A DNA stretch of 64,000 nt from Psilocybe cubensis (taxonomy: Eukaryota): assembly GCA_017499595.2 (NCBI GenBank), contig CM039007.1:1674001-1738000 (forward strand), given 5' to 3'. Made by a program: the position numbers and the translations under genes. Below are positions 40,654-52,379 of this stretch, piece by piece. The notes under the pieces are model-generated. The model saw only the letters and a program-made list of their open reading frames with translations. It was not told where the DNA came from and searched no databases. How positions within the stretch are numbered: the stretch's first letter is position 1; each line of letters begins with the position of its first letter.

Positions 40654-43266
40654 ATGCTTGCAGCTCCTTTACATATAGGCAAAGTCGCATTCAGAGCATC
40701 TATACGCAACCATTCAAATCTAGCTCACGGATACGTCGCCAGCGCCTCCAAAAATTGGCGCACACCTGTATGGAATCTTGTCAATGCGCTAAAGGATCCA
40801 CATAATCCTGAACAAATTCACGACATTCTCCGAGATAACCAACTTACGGTCAAGCAGTTCGAGCATTGGGAGAATGTCCTTCGGCAACCCAACCTGACGC
40901 AGGCCATTCAGGTCTTACAGAATTACAAGGACAAGGTCGACGGGACAGGCAGTGCCAACAATTCGTCAACAAATTTTCCACCTTGGGTCCTTCTTTCCAT
41001 CGTCGCATATGTCGTCAAGACACCCGAAGATGCTTCGGGCCCACTCATGGATTTGGTCTTCGAAAACCTCAATTCCGTCGCCCCTGAATTCCAGGCCCCA
41101 CTTCTTATTTTGACTGCCAATCAGCTTGCCCAGCATAACCTGCTTGTACAATTCCGTCGAGTGCTTGATGCCTTTTTGGTTGCTCCGATTCCTGAACGCC
41201 ACCAAAAGGCCCAATTCAACTACCTCCTTAGAGCCCTTTCTCGTATGCCATTTCGCTCTGGTGAAGGTTCAACTATGGCCATGGAGATCCTCGAAGTAAT
41301 GGACGAACGCACACTTCAAGTTGCCCCAAGTACATACCACATACTTCTGCACGAGGATTTCGCCTCTTTGCATCTCGCTCGTCAGCTTTTCGTCAGAATT
41401 ATGACGCAGGAAAATTTTCAACCTCCTGCCAAGCTTCTGGAGGCCTTTTTACGATTATTGACAAAGCACAATAGAGGCGACCTTGCTCTCAAATTTTACG
41501 ACGCTATACAACGTGTCATTGATAGTGCACCCCCAGGTTCTGAGGATGCGAATGATGCTTATAACACCCGCACCCGTGCCAGGACCATCATGCTCAATTT
41601 CTTCAACAAGCGCTCAGATGCCAAACAATTCTTACATTCTCTATCCTCTCTACCTACGTCTCGACCTCGCAGCACACCCATAGATCCTACTCATGCCCCC
41701 TACAACGAATCGTCTGCCTTGAATATCGCTTCTAAAGACAGTACCGTCACTATCAACAGGTTTATCAAAATCTTTCTATCTCTTCCAACCAAGCCGACTA
41801 TTGTAACCTACACCATTCTCATCCGTGGGCTGCTCGCGCGGCGCGCGTACCCTCAAGCCGAGATTTGGTGGCAAAAGCTGGTAAAACAGTCGACCATCAC
41901 AATGGATGCTTACGCACTTGTTGCCGGCGTCCAGGCGCTGATTCGCAACGGGAAGCCTCATGAAGCATTCATGTATCTGGAGAAGTACGCCAAGAAACCG
42001 CCTGGCTATCACCGACAAGTCTCTCCTTCGGTATCTGAATCAGAATCCTCCACGTCTGCCCCATCCACTCTCGCCCCGGGCGAAAATTCTGTCGTACTCA
42101 CAACCGTATCTGTAAACGACATCCTTGTCGCTCTTAATCGGATTTCGAGGCCAGATGTCGTGTTCAGGCTCTTCACGCATATGAACGTACTTTATGGGAC
42201 GCAGCCTAATTCCGCAACGCTCTCTATCCTACTCCAGGCTGCACGACAGGCAGTGCAGATAGATGATGCCGATGTGTTGGCGGGTGTGTTTGGGAAGATG
42301 AAACTGCTTGACCCGTTTAAACGCACGAGGTTTTTGCTTTCAAGCAAACGCGGGAAAGAACATGAGCACGCACAATCGGAAAAGGACGAAGCAGTAAAAG
42401 TCCGAGCAGACGCAGTGAACGACATCCTGAGCTGTGTGGGCCACCCGTCGCGCGGGGGTCTGCGGCGGTACGTTAACGGTTCGCACTGGATGGGTGTCGA
42501 AGCGGTCGAGTTTGGGCGCAGAACGTTCTTGCAAGCGCTCTTTGGTCGGGCAGTCGCATCAGGCAAGGCCACATATGAACGGGTTTTGCGTACAGAATCG
42601 CCAGCAGCAGCGATCCGTGAGTCTTATGATGCTCCTCCACCCACTTTTATTCGTGCGGCGCCGAAACCATACGTGTTCGTACCTCCGGATACAATCAAAG
42701 CCGTGTCAAAAGCCTCTTCAAAACTCAAAGATGATCCTTCTCAATGGTCACTTCTCACTTCATCGGGCACCTCGCATCTTCCATCTGTAGCTCTGACCAA
42801 CAACAACGTGTTGAACTATATACAGCTTCTATGTGTTAGCAACCGTGTTGCGGAAGTCCCACTTGTCCTGGCGTGGGCACGAGAGTTGGGCGTGCAACCA
42901 TCCCGAAGTACACTGTCACTCGCTCTGGTATTATGGAGCGAAGTCAGTCAGATGGCGCCGTTGGTGGCTTTGTGGCAAAAAAAGAAGGAGAATAAGAAGC
43001 ACCACGATGAGGGTGACGCGGATGAGCTGGGTTCCAGTCAGAGTGAAATGAATGAAAGCGAGGCAGTGGATCTGGAAGATGGCGGGGAGTATAGGAAATT
43101 TGTACAGTGGGTCGAAAGCTGGGTTGGAGCACAGAGGATGCCTAAGGCGGAAGATATACAGAAGTGGCGCATCGTCGTGCATAGAATGCGCACAGGCAGC
43201 ACATATGATGCAAAAGGGGACGGGTTCTTGCAACCGGATGATAGATTAGAGTCCCAACATGAATGA
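40654..43266 (+). CDS. Large PPR-like protein (870 aa), probably mitochondrial
   Basis: Uninterrupted 870-aa ORF with PPR-like units PTIVTYTILIRGLL, AQFNYLLRAL and PNSATLSILLQA, and a basic N-terminus. Likely 5'-UTR intron 40581-40633 (GTGAGT...AAG). Confidence 0.8.
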   Translation: MLAAPLHIGKVAFRASIRNHSNLAHGYVASASKNWRTPVWNLVNALKDPHNPEQIHDILRDNQLTVKQFEHWENVLRQPNLTQAIQVLQNYKDKVDGTGSANNSSTNFPPWVLLSIVAYVVKTPEDASGPLMDLVFENLNSVAPEFQAPLLILTANQLAQHNLLVQFRRVLDAFLVAPIPERHQKAQFNYLLRALSRMPFRSGEGSTMAMEILEVMDERTLQVAPSTYHILLHEDFASLHLARQLFVRIMTQENFQPPAKLLEAFLRLLTKHNRGDLALKFYDAIQRVIDSAPPGSEDANDAYNTRTRARTIMLNFFNKRSDAKQFLHSLSSLPTSRPRSTPIDPTHAPYNESSALNIASKDSTVTINRFIKIFLSLPTKPTIVTYTILIRGLLARRAYPQAEIWWQKLVKQSTITMDAYALVAGVQALIRNGKPHEAFMYLEKYAKKPPGYHRQVSPSVSESESSTSAPSTLAPGENSVVLTTVSVNDILVALNRISRPDVVFRLFTHMNVLYGTQPNSATLSILLQAARQAVQIDDADVLAGVFGKMKLLDPFKRTRFLLSSKRGKEHEHAQSEKDEAVKVRADAVNDILSCVGHPSRGGLRRYVNGSHWMGVEAVEFGRRTFLQALFGRAVASGKATYERVLRTESPAAAIRESYDAPPPTFIRAAPKPYVFVPPDTIKAVSKASSKLKDDPSQWSLLTSSGTSHLPSVALTNNNVLNYIQLLCVSNRVAEVPLVLAWARELGVQPSRSTLSLALVLWSEVSQMAPLVALWQKKKENKKHHDEGDADELGSSQSEMNESEAVDLEDGGEYRKFVQWVESWVGAQRMPKAEDIQKWRIVVHRMRTGSTYDAKGDGFLQPDDRLESQHE

Positions 43267-43698
43267 TGAATATATAAGTACTTGTACTTCAGAAACCCTA
43301 GTGAATACCTATATCTTTGCCTGTATCGATGAAGCAACTTCAATATATCATATCCATTTGAAAGGTTTAATTGTAGATTCGTTTATTTAATATTGTACAA
43401 ATTTGGATTTGTTTCGTCTGTGGTACGTTCCGATGCAGATGTAACATGCATTTAACGTAGTAGGGGAGAAAAATATGGTTATCGATAGTTATAAGGTGGA
43501 CCTGAAGAACAAGAAAAGGTGATAGCAGCAAACCAAGTGAAAAGATTGGATAAAAGAAGTCGATTGTATTGGAAATTGGGCGGAGTTTACACGCATGAGA
43601 GTTGCAAAAAAGCCCACCCGTGGCAATCTGCGAGTGGGCATTGCGATGAAGTAAATCAGCTTCTTTGATGGTTGAATGCTGGACTGAAAGCGGAGGTT

Positions 43699-44770
43699 CT
43701 ACGTCGAACGTTTCGAAAGCTGCGCTTGTTTCTTGGCCTCCGCCTCTCGTGCTTTAGCTAGAGAAATAATGCAATATTAATACAAACTTTCAAGGAATAG
43801 GAAATAACAAGAAGAGATGAAAAGGGTGGGACAATCTGGGATTGTAACGTACCTTCGGCTTCGGCCTTCCTCTTTGCCTGCGCCGCCTCACGTTCAGCAC
43901 GGATCTTAGCGAGTCTTGACAGATCAGATTTGGCTTCATCGGTCTTCCCTGCAAGGTGCATCTAGAAATCGTATGGAGCGACGTAAATACGATGTTTTGA
44001 ACGTATTAAACATGGGATGAGTGTTAACTCACCTTCCAGTATCGTTCTTTAGCATCAGCCTTTTCCTTCTGTTCTCTGTACACAGATTCCGTCGATCAAA
44101 ACAATTAAGGAAAGATCGAAATAACGATATCTGCATACCTTTCACGTCTGGAGAGTTGCCTTGGCTCGTTCAAATCCGATATGTTGAGTTTCTTCTGAAC
44201 ATGGTTCGGGTTGATCAAATCCTCATCATCATCCTCTTCGCCCTCCTCTTTCTTCTTCTGCTTCGCGGCAGCCTCTTTCTTCTTCATTTCACGGCGTTCG
44301 GCGCGCGTGAGCTCTTGCGTTGGTTTCTCTTCCTCCGATGACTCCTCTTCTTCTTCTTCTTCTTCCTCCTCCTCCTCTTCAGAGGACCCCTCCTCTGATG
44401 ATTCCTCCTCGATACCTTCGCCTCTGTAGAATCAAGAGGTTAGCAGCTGATCTTATATTACCCGACATAGATTTTCTTAAGTTGTTACATTAATGATGAA
44501 ACTTACCCGCGGTGCTTTAAGCGGTCACCGTTATCAAAGGCCATATCTTTGCTGAAATCCATGGTGATCAAGTCAGATCCTAAAAAGTAATAGAAAATAG
44601 TAAGATCATACCTGAAACTGCGTCCTCCGCCTCGCTTCTGCTTAAATTTACCTGTTAAAAAATTACCATGGGTTCCATTTTATTAGTTTCATCATTCTAC
44701 AATGTGGCATCCACCGAACACCAGGAATCGTATGAACTGTGGAATTGTTCTCACCTGTTCCGCGAACCAT
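43699..44770 (-). CDS. PP28/PDAP1-family heat- and acid-stable phosphoprotein
   Basis: MVRGT|GKFKQKRGGGRSF, an acidic tract, then [45 protein letters not shown], the PP28 signature. Confidence 0.9.
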
Positions 44771-45144
44771 TATGAGATGGTGAGCAAAAGACTAAAGATC
44801 GAACGAGAACGACGACGACGACGGGCGGTTGATATGGAGTGACTCAAGCAGAGATAACCGGCCCACTTGCCTAAAGAGGCATTCATATATGTAGCAGCTG
44901 AGTTTGAAATCAAGCCTTCTTATAGGTCGCAAACTTCATCGAGCGCGTAGATATCCGTCTCGCGTGCCACCATACTTGTTTTTCCACTGATTTACAGACA
45001 TTGCCCATGCCAAAAATATGTACTCTTAACAAATGGGTGGTGTAAATTCTGAACCTTCTTGTCATTCTGGGTTGCTATGATGTATTCAAATTTACTCTAA
45101 TGGTACCCAGTTTACTACTACTGATATCTAATCTTCTAAAGGTT

Positions 45145-47310
45145 TTAAGCATTTGCTAGTTCTTCATGAACGGAGGCGCGGATCAACCTATCGGATTGTG
45201 GAGACCGTGGAGTGATTGAACATTTATATGGCACAGGGACCCTGGATATTATCACAATTTGTAAGAGCATGCCCTTTGACATCTTAAGAAAGATCTCACC
45301 TTATGAGATTAGGTGTGTATTCGTGGGTGGGCTCAATGACATTTCCTTCGTCATCAACTGCATTCGAAATATCGAAAACGGCGACCAACGATGCTATGGC
45401 TATCCATACGGAAGAAAATGCCATGTATCTGCCAGGGCATATACTACAGATGCATGCGTTAACGTCATGGAACCGCTTTCAGTACAAAAGCAACTTGCCG
45501 CCTTCCAAATCCCCAGCAAGCATGCGAAGGGTCACGTACAGCAGGGTTTACTTTCCCGTCTAACATGAACCTATCAGGGTTGAAATCTGAAGGGTTTGGA
45601 TACACGCTTTCGTCGTGAAGCATGGCCCTTCATTTGGGTCAGTACAGGAACGGAACAAAGTTGTATAGTAGCCGCACCATTGGTTAGCTATTACTGTTGT
45701 TCCAGCAGGAATTCTGTATCCTTTATATTCGTCCTCCTCTGTAAGCAGGTGAGGAACGCCTAAATTGTTGGAAAATCAGCACTGAAATTTAACTAGGATG
45801 CTAATAGACGAACCAATAGGTCCAACAACTCGCCAACGCAATACCTCCATCGTAATAGCGGTAATGTAAGGAAGCGAATCGATATCTTCGAAGTCAGGTA
45901 GATGCCCTGGTTTGACCATTTTGTCAACCTCTGCTTGAGCTTTCTTGAGCACCTCCGGTTTCTGGAGGAACCCAAGGATGCACGAGCCTATTGCGGACAA
46001 AGTCTGGGCGCCTAACGTCAGTGGAAGAGACGCTGATAATAAATTTTTCGCCTACGCTGTCGGTCCCGGCTACGATTCAGTGATTTAGTTATTTTTTAAC
46101 ACAGATATGATGTGAATTCTTTACCAGAGTACATGCTACCAGCTGTTAACTTTATGTCTCTTTCGTGTGCTGCGTCATGCGTCTCCATTTTCTCCAAGTT
46201 CGTTGAAACGAAGCATTGAGGCGATTCTCCTGCAGCCTTCAAGAATACACATTAGTTGAGCTCACATTTATTTTCATGTCCCATTTCCACGCACGTACCA
46301 TGTTACGTTTCGTTGCTGAAAAGGGAGATTCGATCATCTTCAGGCCATAGCCTTTCCACTCCCGTGCCTTCTTGTGGAAGCTAGCGCCAGGGAACCAATC
46401 CGGAACGTGCTTCAGGAATGGGAAAGAGTTGACCAAGAAATTTCCCGGAATAGAGGCAACTAGTGACCCTTCGATCGCACGTTCTGCGACTTCGATAAAC
46501 GGGTCGCCTTCAGGCTGCACTTCCAGTCCATAAGTTATTTGTAGTATTATGTTCCGTGTCATGCTGTTGGAAAGTAGTCATTTTCAACGTTTTTCTATCA
46601 GCCGGGACATAATCCATACTCACTGGCGTATATTCCCCATCACATCGCCGTTCGGTGTATCTAGGAATCGTTCAAGCATTTTCCGTGTTTCTTTCAGGAG
46701 TTGAGGCCGAAATTGTTTGGCAGCCTCTGGATGGAAGCTGTTATGCATCAGCCTTCGGCGATCACGCCTGTGGAACTTTGCTATTACTAAACCTCCACCT
46801 GATTATTACATTATACACTCACCATGCTTTACCTGAAAAGATATGTGAGAAGATGAATAATTTCAAGGAAGTAAAGTAACCACAAACCATATTCCATGAA
46901 GCCCAACGCAAAGTCCCATCCCATCAGCTCGTTAACCATAGTCAACCGGGCTCTACTAGAATATTTGGCAGAACGCCTTTCCAGAAGCTCAAAGGCGGCG
47001 TCGTAGGTGTCCAACACAACCATCTTCGATCCTGGGACGTCCAAATAAATTATATCGCTTTCTGATAGGACCCCATACTATATTAGCTGCTTTGTAACTT
47101 ATCAGAGATCAAAGACCTACTGTATTGTTTCGACCACTCGTGATAGTCATGAGCAGCGGCAGGCATATTGAGGAGATTTCCTATGACCGGCAGTCTTTTC
47201 GGACCAGGTGGAAGAGGCAGATGTGAATAGGGGGTAGACGGAGCTCGCTTGTTGCGAATAAACCACAAGCCTGCCAATAATGCTAAAGCTACAATAACTG
47301 TTTGAATCAT
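45145..47310 (-). CDS. Cytochrome P450 (CYP64 clan, CYP5144-like; resembles PsiH), apparently intact
   Basis: N-terminal anchor, LPPGP, AGTD/ST I-helix region, EVLR (ExxR), PDRF and WGFGRR|ICPG heme motif; multi-exon. Confidence 0.93.
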
Positions 47311-49572
47311 GTTGAGTGAAGGTGATGCTGATGAGGATTCCTTTGACTTAATGACCATTTTATATCTTTTGCTTGAAGAGGTCGGGGTACTTGTCTTCAG
47401 AATTACCAGTCATGCAACCCGGCGCTTAATCCGTTTTGGACAGGTTCCGTATACCGAGTGTTTGATGTCTGTTTTTCGGCCTACTCTAGAGAAAAACCCT
47501 CGTACAAGACGTGTAGGATTCAGAAATCAAGGCCTTCAGATCCATCTTTTTCAGACTGCTCGTATTCCAAAATAGATCTGTCAAAGATCTGTGGAAACCT
47601 ACTTAGGGCAGATGTTGCAACCGATTCAACCACGTTGTCGGCTATTTGCTCGCGTGGAATTAATTTAGGGTGATCGCTGCCACTCGGGCAACAGGCCTTA
47701 CTGTGTTCCACCCCGACCTTCTCAGAGCCTCCGGATAGTTCTCTGTTCATTCATTTACTCACAGAGGCTGTGGTTATTCTTACAGGCATTGTATACAATG
47801 TTTCATCTTCTTTTTATCTTGTTTGTTGCACTCTGGAGTTGAGAGCGAATTCTCTTTCAATTTATCACCACCGTAAACGAAGTTTCAGATGCATTTTGAA
47901 GCATCTCATTCTAACAAAAGGCATCATAGAAAGTGATCATCCATTATCTTTGGGTTGTATTCTGACGTTATTTGCCTCGTTACATGAATACATTACCACT
48001 CTTTCTACCGAGATAGTAGATGTAAAAGTGACTATCATGAATATCAAGACTTTTTGTTATCTTTGGCTTCCTATTATTCCCTTCATACCCAAGATCTTTG
48101 TCTCCCATCATCTTTTATGAACCATTGATAATGGCATGGGTTTGTGTTTTAGATAATACTTATAATTACTTTGAATACCGTTCATCCGGTACGTTTATAA
48201 GTTTCAAAGAAGCACAAACGAACACTGTCTCCCGAAGATGGAGCTGTAGAGTGTGCTTAATTAATGCTATCAGCATAGCTACTTTCAGCAGAGGCCTATA
48301 TCTATATGCAAAGCCATCTATCGTACATGATTAGATTGGCCAGATAGTAGGTATGCGACCTGATTAGAGTCTAATCGGTGCCAACGTTCTATCAATAGGC
48401 CACCCACATGGCTCCCTCGTGGGTATGCCCTCCCTTTGGTAATTACTCTGTTTTTGATTTCCGAAACTATGAAAATTTGCATGAGCGTTTATTCGCGAAG
48501 TTTGCTAGTGAAGCGAAGTATGCCTTTCTACGGGAACCACGGTGATCAATGCAGTTAAGCACTGGGTAATGGTAGAAGAAGAACAGTACATGAGCAATCA
48601 AGTGCTATGTTAGTTAGCTCGGGAATACGTTTTATTAAGATAATGAAGTGGATAAGTCATCTATCAGAAAGCTGAAACAAGGTAGGGCTTTTATGGTCAA
48701 ATATTTCTGGTACCAGGACTGTCTATTTAGCAGCCTTTAATTTGCAAAGGCTCGGGAGTAGCCTACGCCCAATATTTGGTATGATATAATCTTCATCCAT
48801 GACGTTGCTATTATTTTGAACAAGGCAATGTTGAATTTGGGGACTGAGAGATTCGAAATCATGATGATGCCCGTCTGGTCAGTGACCGGTCGATTGATTA
48901 TCCAAGACTTGTGGAAAGCAGTGAAATACAAGTATCAGCACTCATTCTTTATGCGTCTACTACAGATGATGAATCTTTATTCCAGGTCCGGGTTATGTCG
49001 TTAGTTATTGTCAAAGTTCATGAATAGTTGACAATAACAGCCTCAAAAGGTAGAAGAGTACGACACCCACTGTATTCGTCCACCTCGGTGAGCACTTGGT
49101 GAGCACGTGAGATATTTTTGTTGGATAGGCTTAGCTGAGATATGAGGTATGGTCTAATTTAGTTCACCGATGGCCGTCAATCACTGGTAAGAGGAGTGCT
49201 TCTATTGGGCTTTCATGTATAAAGTCAGTTACAGTCTGTAAAATCAGACAATTTTTCTTTCTAAGCTAGGCGTGGAACAGGGGGGAATGGATGGGACAAG
49301 TTGGGACGAATATTTGCATAATCTCGATGTCTATACCTGTAGTAGACATAATTGATGGATCTAGCTCTGATGTAAGTAAAAATCTGTGTAAAGAACTCTC
49401 CGGGTTTCATCTTCTCGCTAGTTCTCTGTTTATGGTTGTACCCCTGTGTATGCGGCGAAGGACCAAAAGAAGAAACGGAGCTGAGTTTCAAATTACTACA
49501 TGCTCCCACGGTCAGGCGAGTGTTCCTCCCGCTGTTGCCCTACAGACCTTGCATTGTGCACTCTCGACCAAA

Positions 49573-50139
49573 ATGACAACGATACCCGCCCGGCTGGCGT
49601 CTCTCACACGGACATCCTCAGGCCCAGCAGAGTCCAGAAAACGCGCCTTGAAGCTTTACAGAGACTGGTACCGCTCGGTGGGTCTTTCGCCGTATTCCAA
49701 TAGCGACTGGAACCACGGACGCTGAACCGGGTACACACACCTTTTCCACCACCCTCGTTTCTTTGCCCGTCTTTTAGGCCCCAGAAATCTGCGGAATCTA
49801 CGCTTTGAGCGTTTCGCCTGCATATGTCCGCCATGCCATCCGCCAACGCTTCGAGAAGAACCGGAATGTGACCGACCAGCGCGCGATCGACGTGTTGTTG
49901 CTCAAGAGCAGACAGGACTATCAAGAGACGATGAACTGCTGGAAGCAGATCGACCATGTCATGGGTATCACGCTGAACTCTCAGGAGAGACCCAAGAAAA
50001 CTTTCTTGGAAAAGTTCTACGAAGGTGTGCCCTTGATAACCCTTGGTGTGGGTTCATGGAACTTGGTTTGGTTTTAATCATGTTTTTTTTTACAGGGAAG
50101 GACGAGCAGGCTGTCATTCCTGCTGCTTCCGGCATTTAG
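49573..50139 (+). CDS. NDUFA6: NADH:ubiquinone oxidoreductase subunit NDUFA6/B14 (LYR family)
   Basis: MTTIPARLA...RKRALKLYRDWYRS|APEICGIY...IRQRFEKNRNVTD...YQETMNCWKQIDHVM...FLEKFYEG|KDEQAVIPAASGI*. Confidence 0.93.
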
Positions 50140-50351
50140 ATTTATACTCAAGGATCAGAAAAATACATTTCTTTAAACAATCTTCGCTGCCGTTTCTCTT
50201 CAAGAGCGTCTGTTTGAACCAAACAAGGATTATTGACCAAATTACCAGGTTTGCATATTACTGTTTATTAATGTACCCATTTTTTGTTCCTTCCACCGTT
50301 TCCCTCTCATAGACGCTTCTGCTTTTTTACCGACCTTCATTCAACCTTCGC

Positions 50352-51170
50352 CTACAATCTCGATTTGGATCTCCCCGATGCCTGGACAACACAGCAAATG
50401 GCGATATACATCAACATTCCCATTTCCCCCAACACATACACCAACTCGAAACACTCAAGAATGGGATTGGCCCCCTCCTTCCCGGCAAATCCACCCATCA
50501 CCAAAACCAGCCTCGCTGCAGCATATAGCCCCACCGCCGCCAGTCCGCTTTGGCTCACAGCAAGGATCCAAATAATGGTCGAACGTCTCTTGTCTTCAAC
50601 CGCAATTTCCTCATCATGATCTCCGTCAGTGCAGCGATAAAGGTTGTGAGCTACAAAATATTTGTTCTCGGATTCGCATCGTGGCCGCGTCAACGAGGAT
50701 GTCCTAACGTCCGACAACCGTCTTTCTTTTGAGGAGAGGATGAGCAAAATTGTGCCATAGAATATGATGACGACGAGCAGTGCTTCTAAACCCAACCCGG
50801 CACCGAAATTCATTCCCAATGCAAGTAATGTGTTACCCCCGGAATGCTCGGCGTCGCTTTGGATAACTATGTGCGTGTTTTCACGGTTCAGGGGGATGGC
50901 CTTGAATATTGGGCGTTGATGGTTGCTGTTGTCGTTAGTGTAACGACAAAGGATGAGAGAGGCTATGGACAACAGCAAAGACGTCCATATCCAAGGATCG
51001 ATTTGACGCGAGAGGGGTTTCGCTTTTGGTGTTAATTTCGATGCTGGAATCGTTGTCAGCGTTGCCAGTTGACTTGGGCGATGGAAGGCGTGTGGCCTTG
51101 GGCGTCCCAGCTGCTCGCCATCGCCGTCAGAGCATGAGCTGGCAGGCGCTGTAGGCGTCGGAGGGATCAT
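50352..51170 (-). CDS. Hypothetical multi-pass membrane protein (272 aa)
   Basis: Single ORF with about four hydrophobic segments; no family recognised. Confidence 0.55.
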   Translation of the reverse strand: MIPPTPTAPASSCSDGDGEQLGRPRPHAFHRPSQLATLTTIPASKLTPKAKPLSRQIDPWIWTSLLLSIASLILCRYTNDNSNHQRPIFKAIPLNRENTHIVIQSDAEHSGGNTLLALGMNFGAGLGLEALLVVIIFYGTILLILSSKERRLSDVRTSSLTRPRCESENKYFVAHNLYRCTDGDHDEEIAVEDKRRSTIIWILAVSQSGLAAVGLYAAARLVLVMGGFAGKEGANPILECFELVYVLGEMGMLMYIAICCVVQASGRSKSRL

Positions 51171-52379
51171 TTTCCAGATTATCCGCGCAGCGGTTCCACG
51201 GTCGATGATGGGTTGAGAAAGTAATGAGGCGTCTGGAGGCTGAAACTAGCCTCAAAGAGTGTGATTGGTGCACTGCACGGCTACGGCGGCTGACTGGTCG
51301 CTGCTCTTCAGCCAGCTCAGAATCAGAGTCAAGTCAAGGGAAGTCTGTAAGGTTAGCGAAAGCCCAAGCAAGCACTGGCTATTTATTCACAACCTTGAGG
51401 AGGCGTTGACTGATCATTGACATGACATGTTACCTAAGTCTCTCCTTGACCAGCGGTGATGTGTTTTCGCCCCAGGTTGGATCTATCTTTGGGTGCTACT
51501 GCGCAACGACTGATTTCCGCTTTTGGTGTGCTTATGGCTCTGTATGGATACTGCGCTCGTCCTCGCCTCCAATTTCGGGCAGGGTTCTTACCAACGATGC
51601 ATATTGAGTCCAGCACTGTATCCAGTGGATGGGGTTCGATTTACGGAATAATACTTGCATGGATGTTACTGTGGTACCCACTGTGCCGCAGCGATATTTA
51701 GGCGACATTTGTTGTTCACAATCCCTTTGAGTTTGTCATTGGCCCGTGCTTTTTGGTTACCGAGTTGGTGGGTGTGCTTTTCCAATATTATATCCAAGTG
51801 CCCGAGCCTCGAAACCCAGACGTGAAGTTGGATACGAACTCTATTGGATGGCCAGTGCAGGCCCACAAAGGCTGTACACCTCCCAAGTAACAATTTTATA
51901 TATATTGGGAGAGGGGTGATGTTGAACAAGGCTAATGTATAGATAACAGCTGTTACATTTGAATAGGTTAGATAGGAACATCAATGACACCAAAATAACT
52001 AGAAGAGCATGTGTCTGACTTTCGTGAAGGCAAGCCAATCGTTGACCGTTGAACAATGATCCTTATGTTGAATTAGGTTTGGAGTAATAATTGCTCAAAG
52101 AAGCATGTATCAATTATTGACTCACCGAGTATTATATGGACGCGAGATCAGTATAGCGTACTAAGAAATAAAGATATCACAAGGCGTTAAATCTGCAATC
52201 AAAATGCGATCAAAAAAATTGCGACAAGATGCCAAAAATCTTTCTCAGCGTGTGCCATTCGTACTATAGTTCAAATTTCATTTTTCGAGTTTATTTCCGA
52301 CGACGGCAGGACCCCCACCTACATAATAAGGAGAGGTGACATAACTACGCTTCAACTCACTGTTGATTGTGCCAGGCGT

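Noticed and set aside
47500-49000. AT-rich stretch with short ORFs, possible decayed element
   Set aside because: No TIR, LTR, TSD or recognisable protein motif found.
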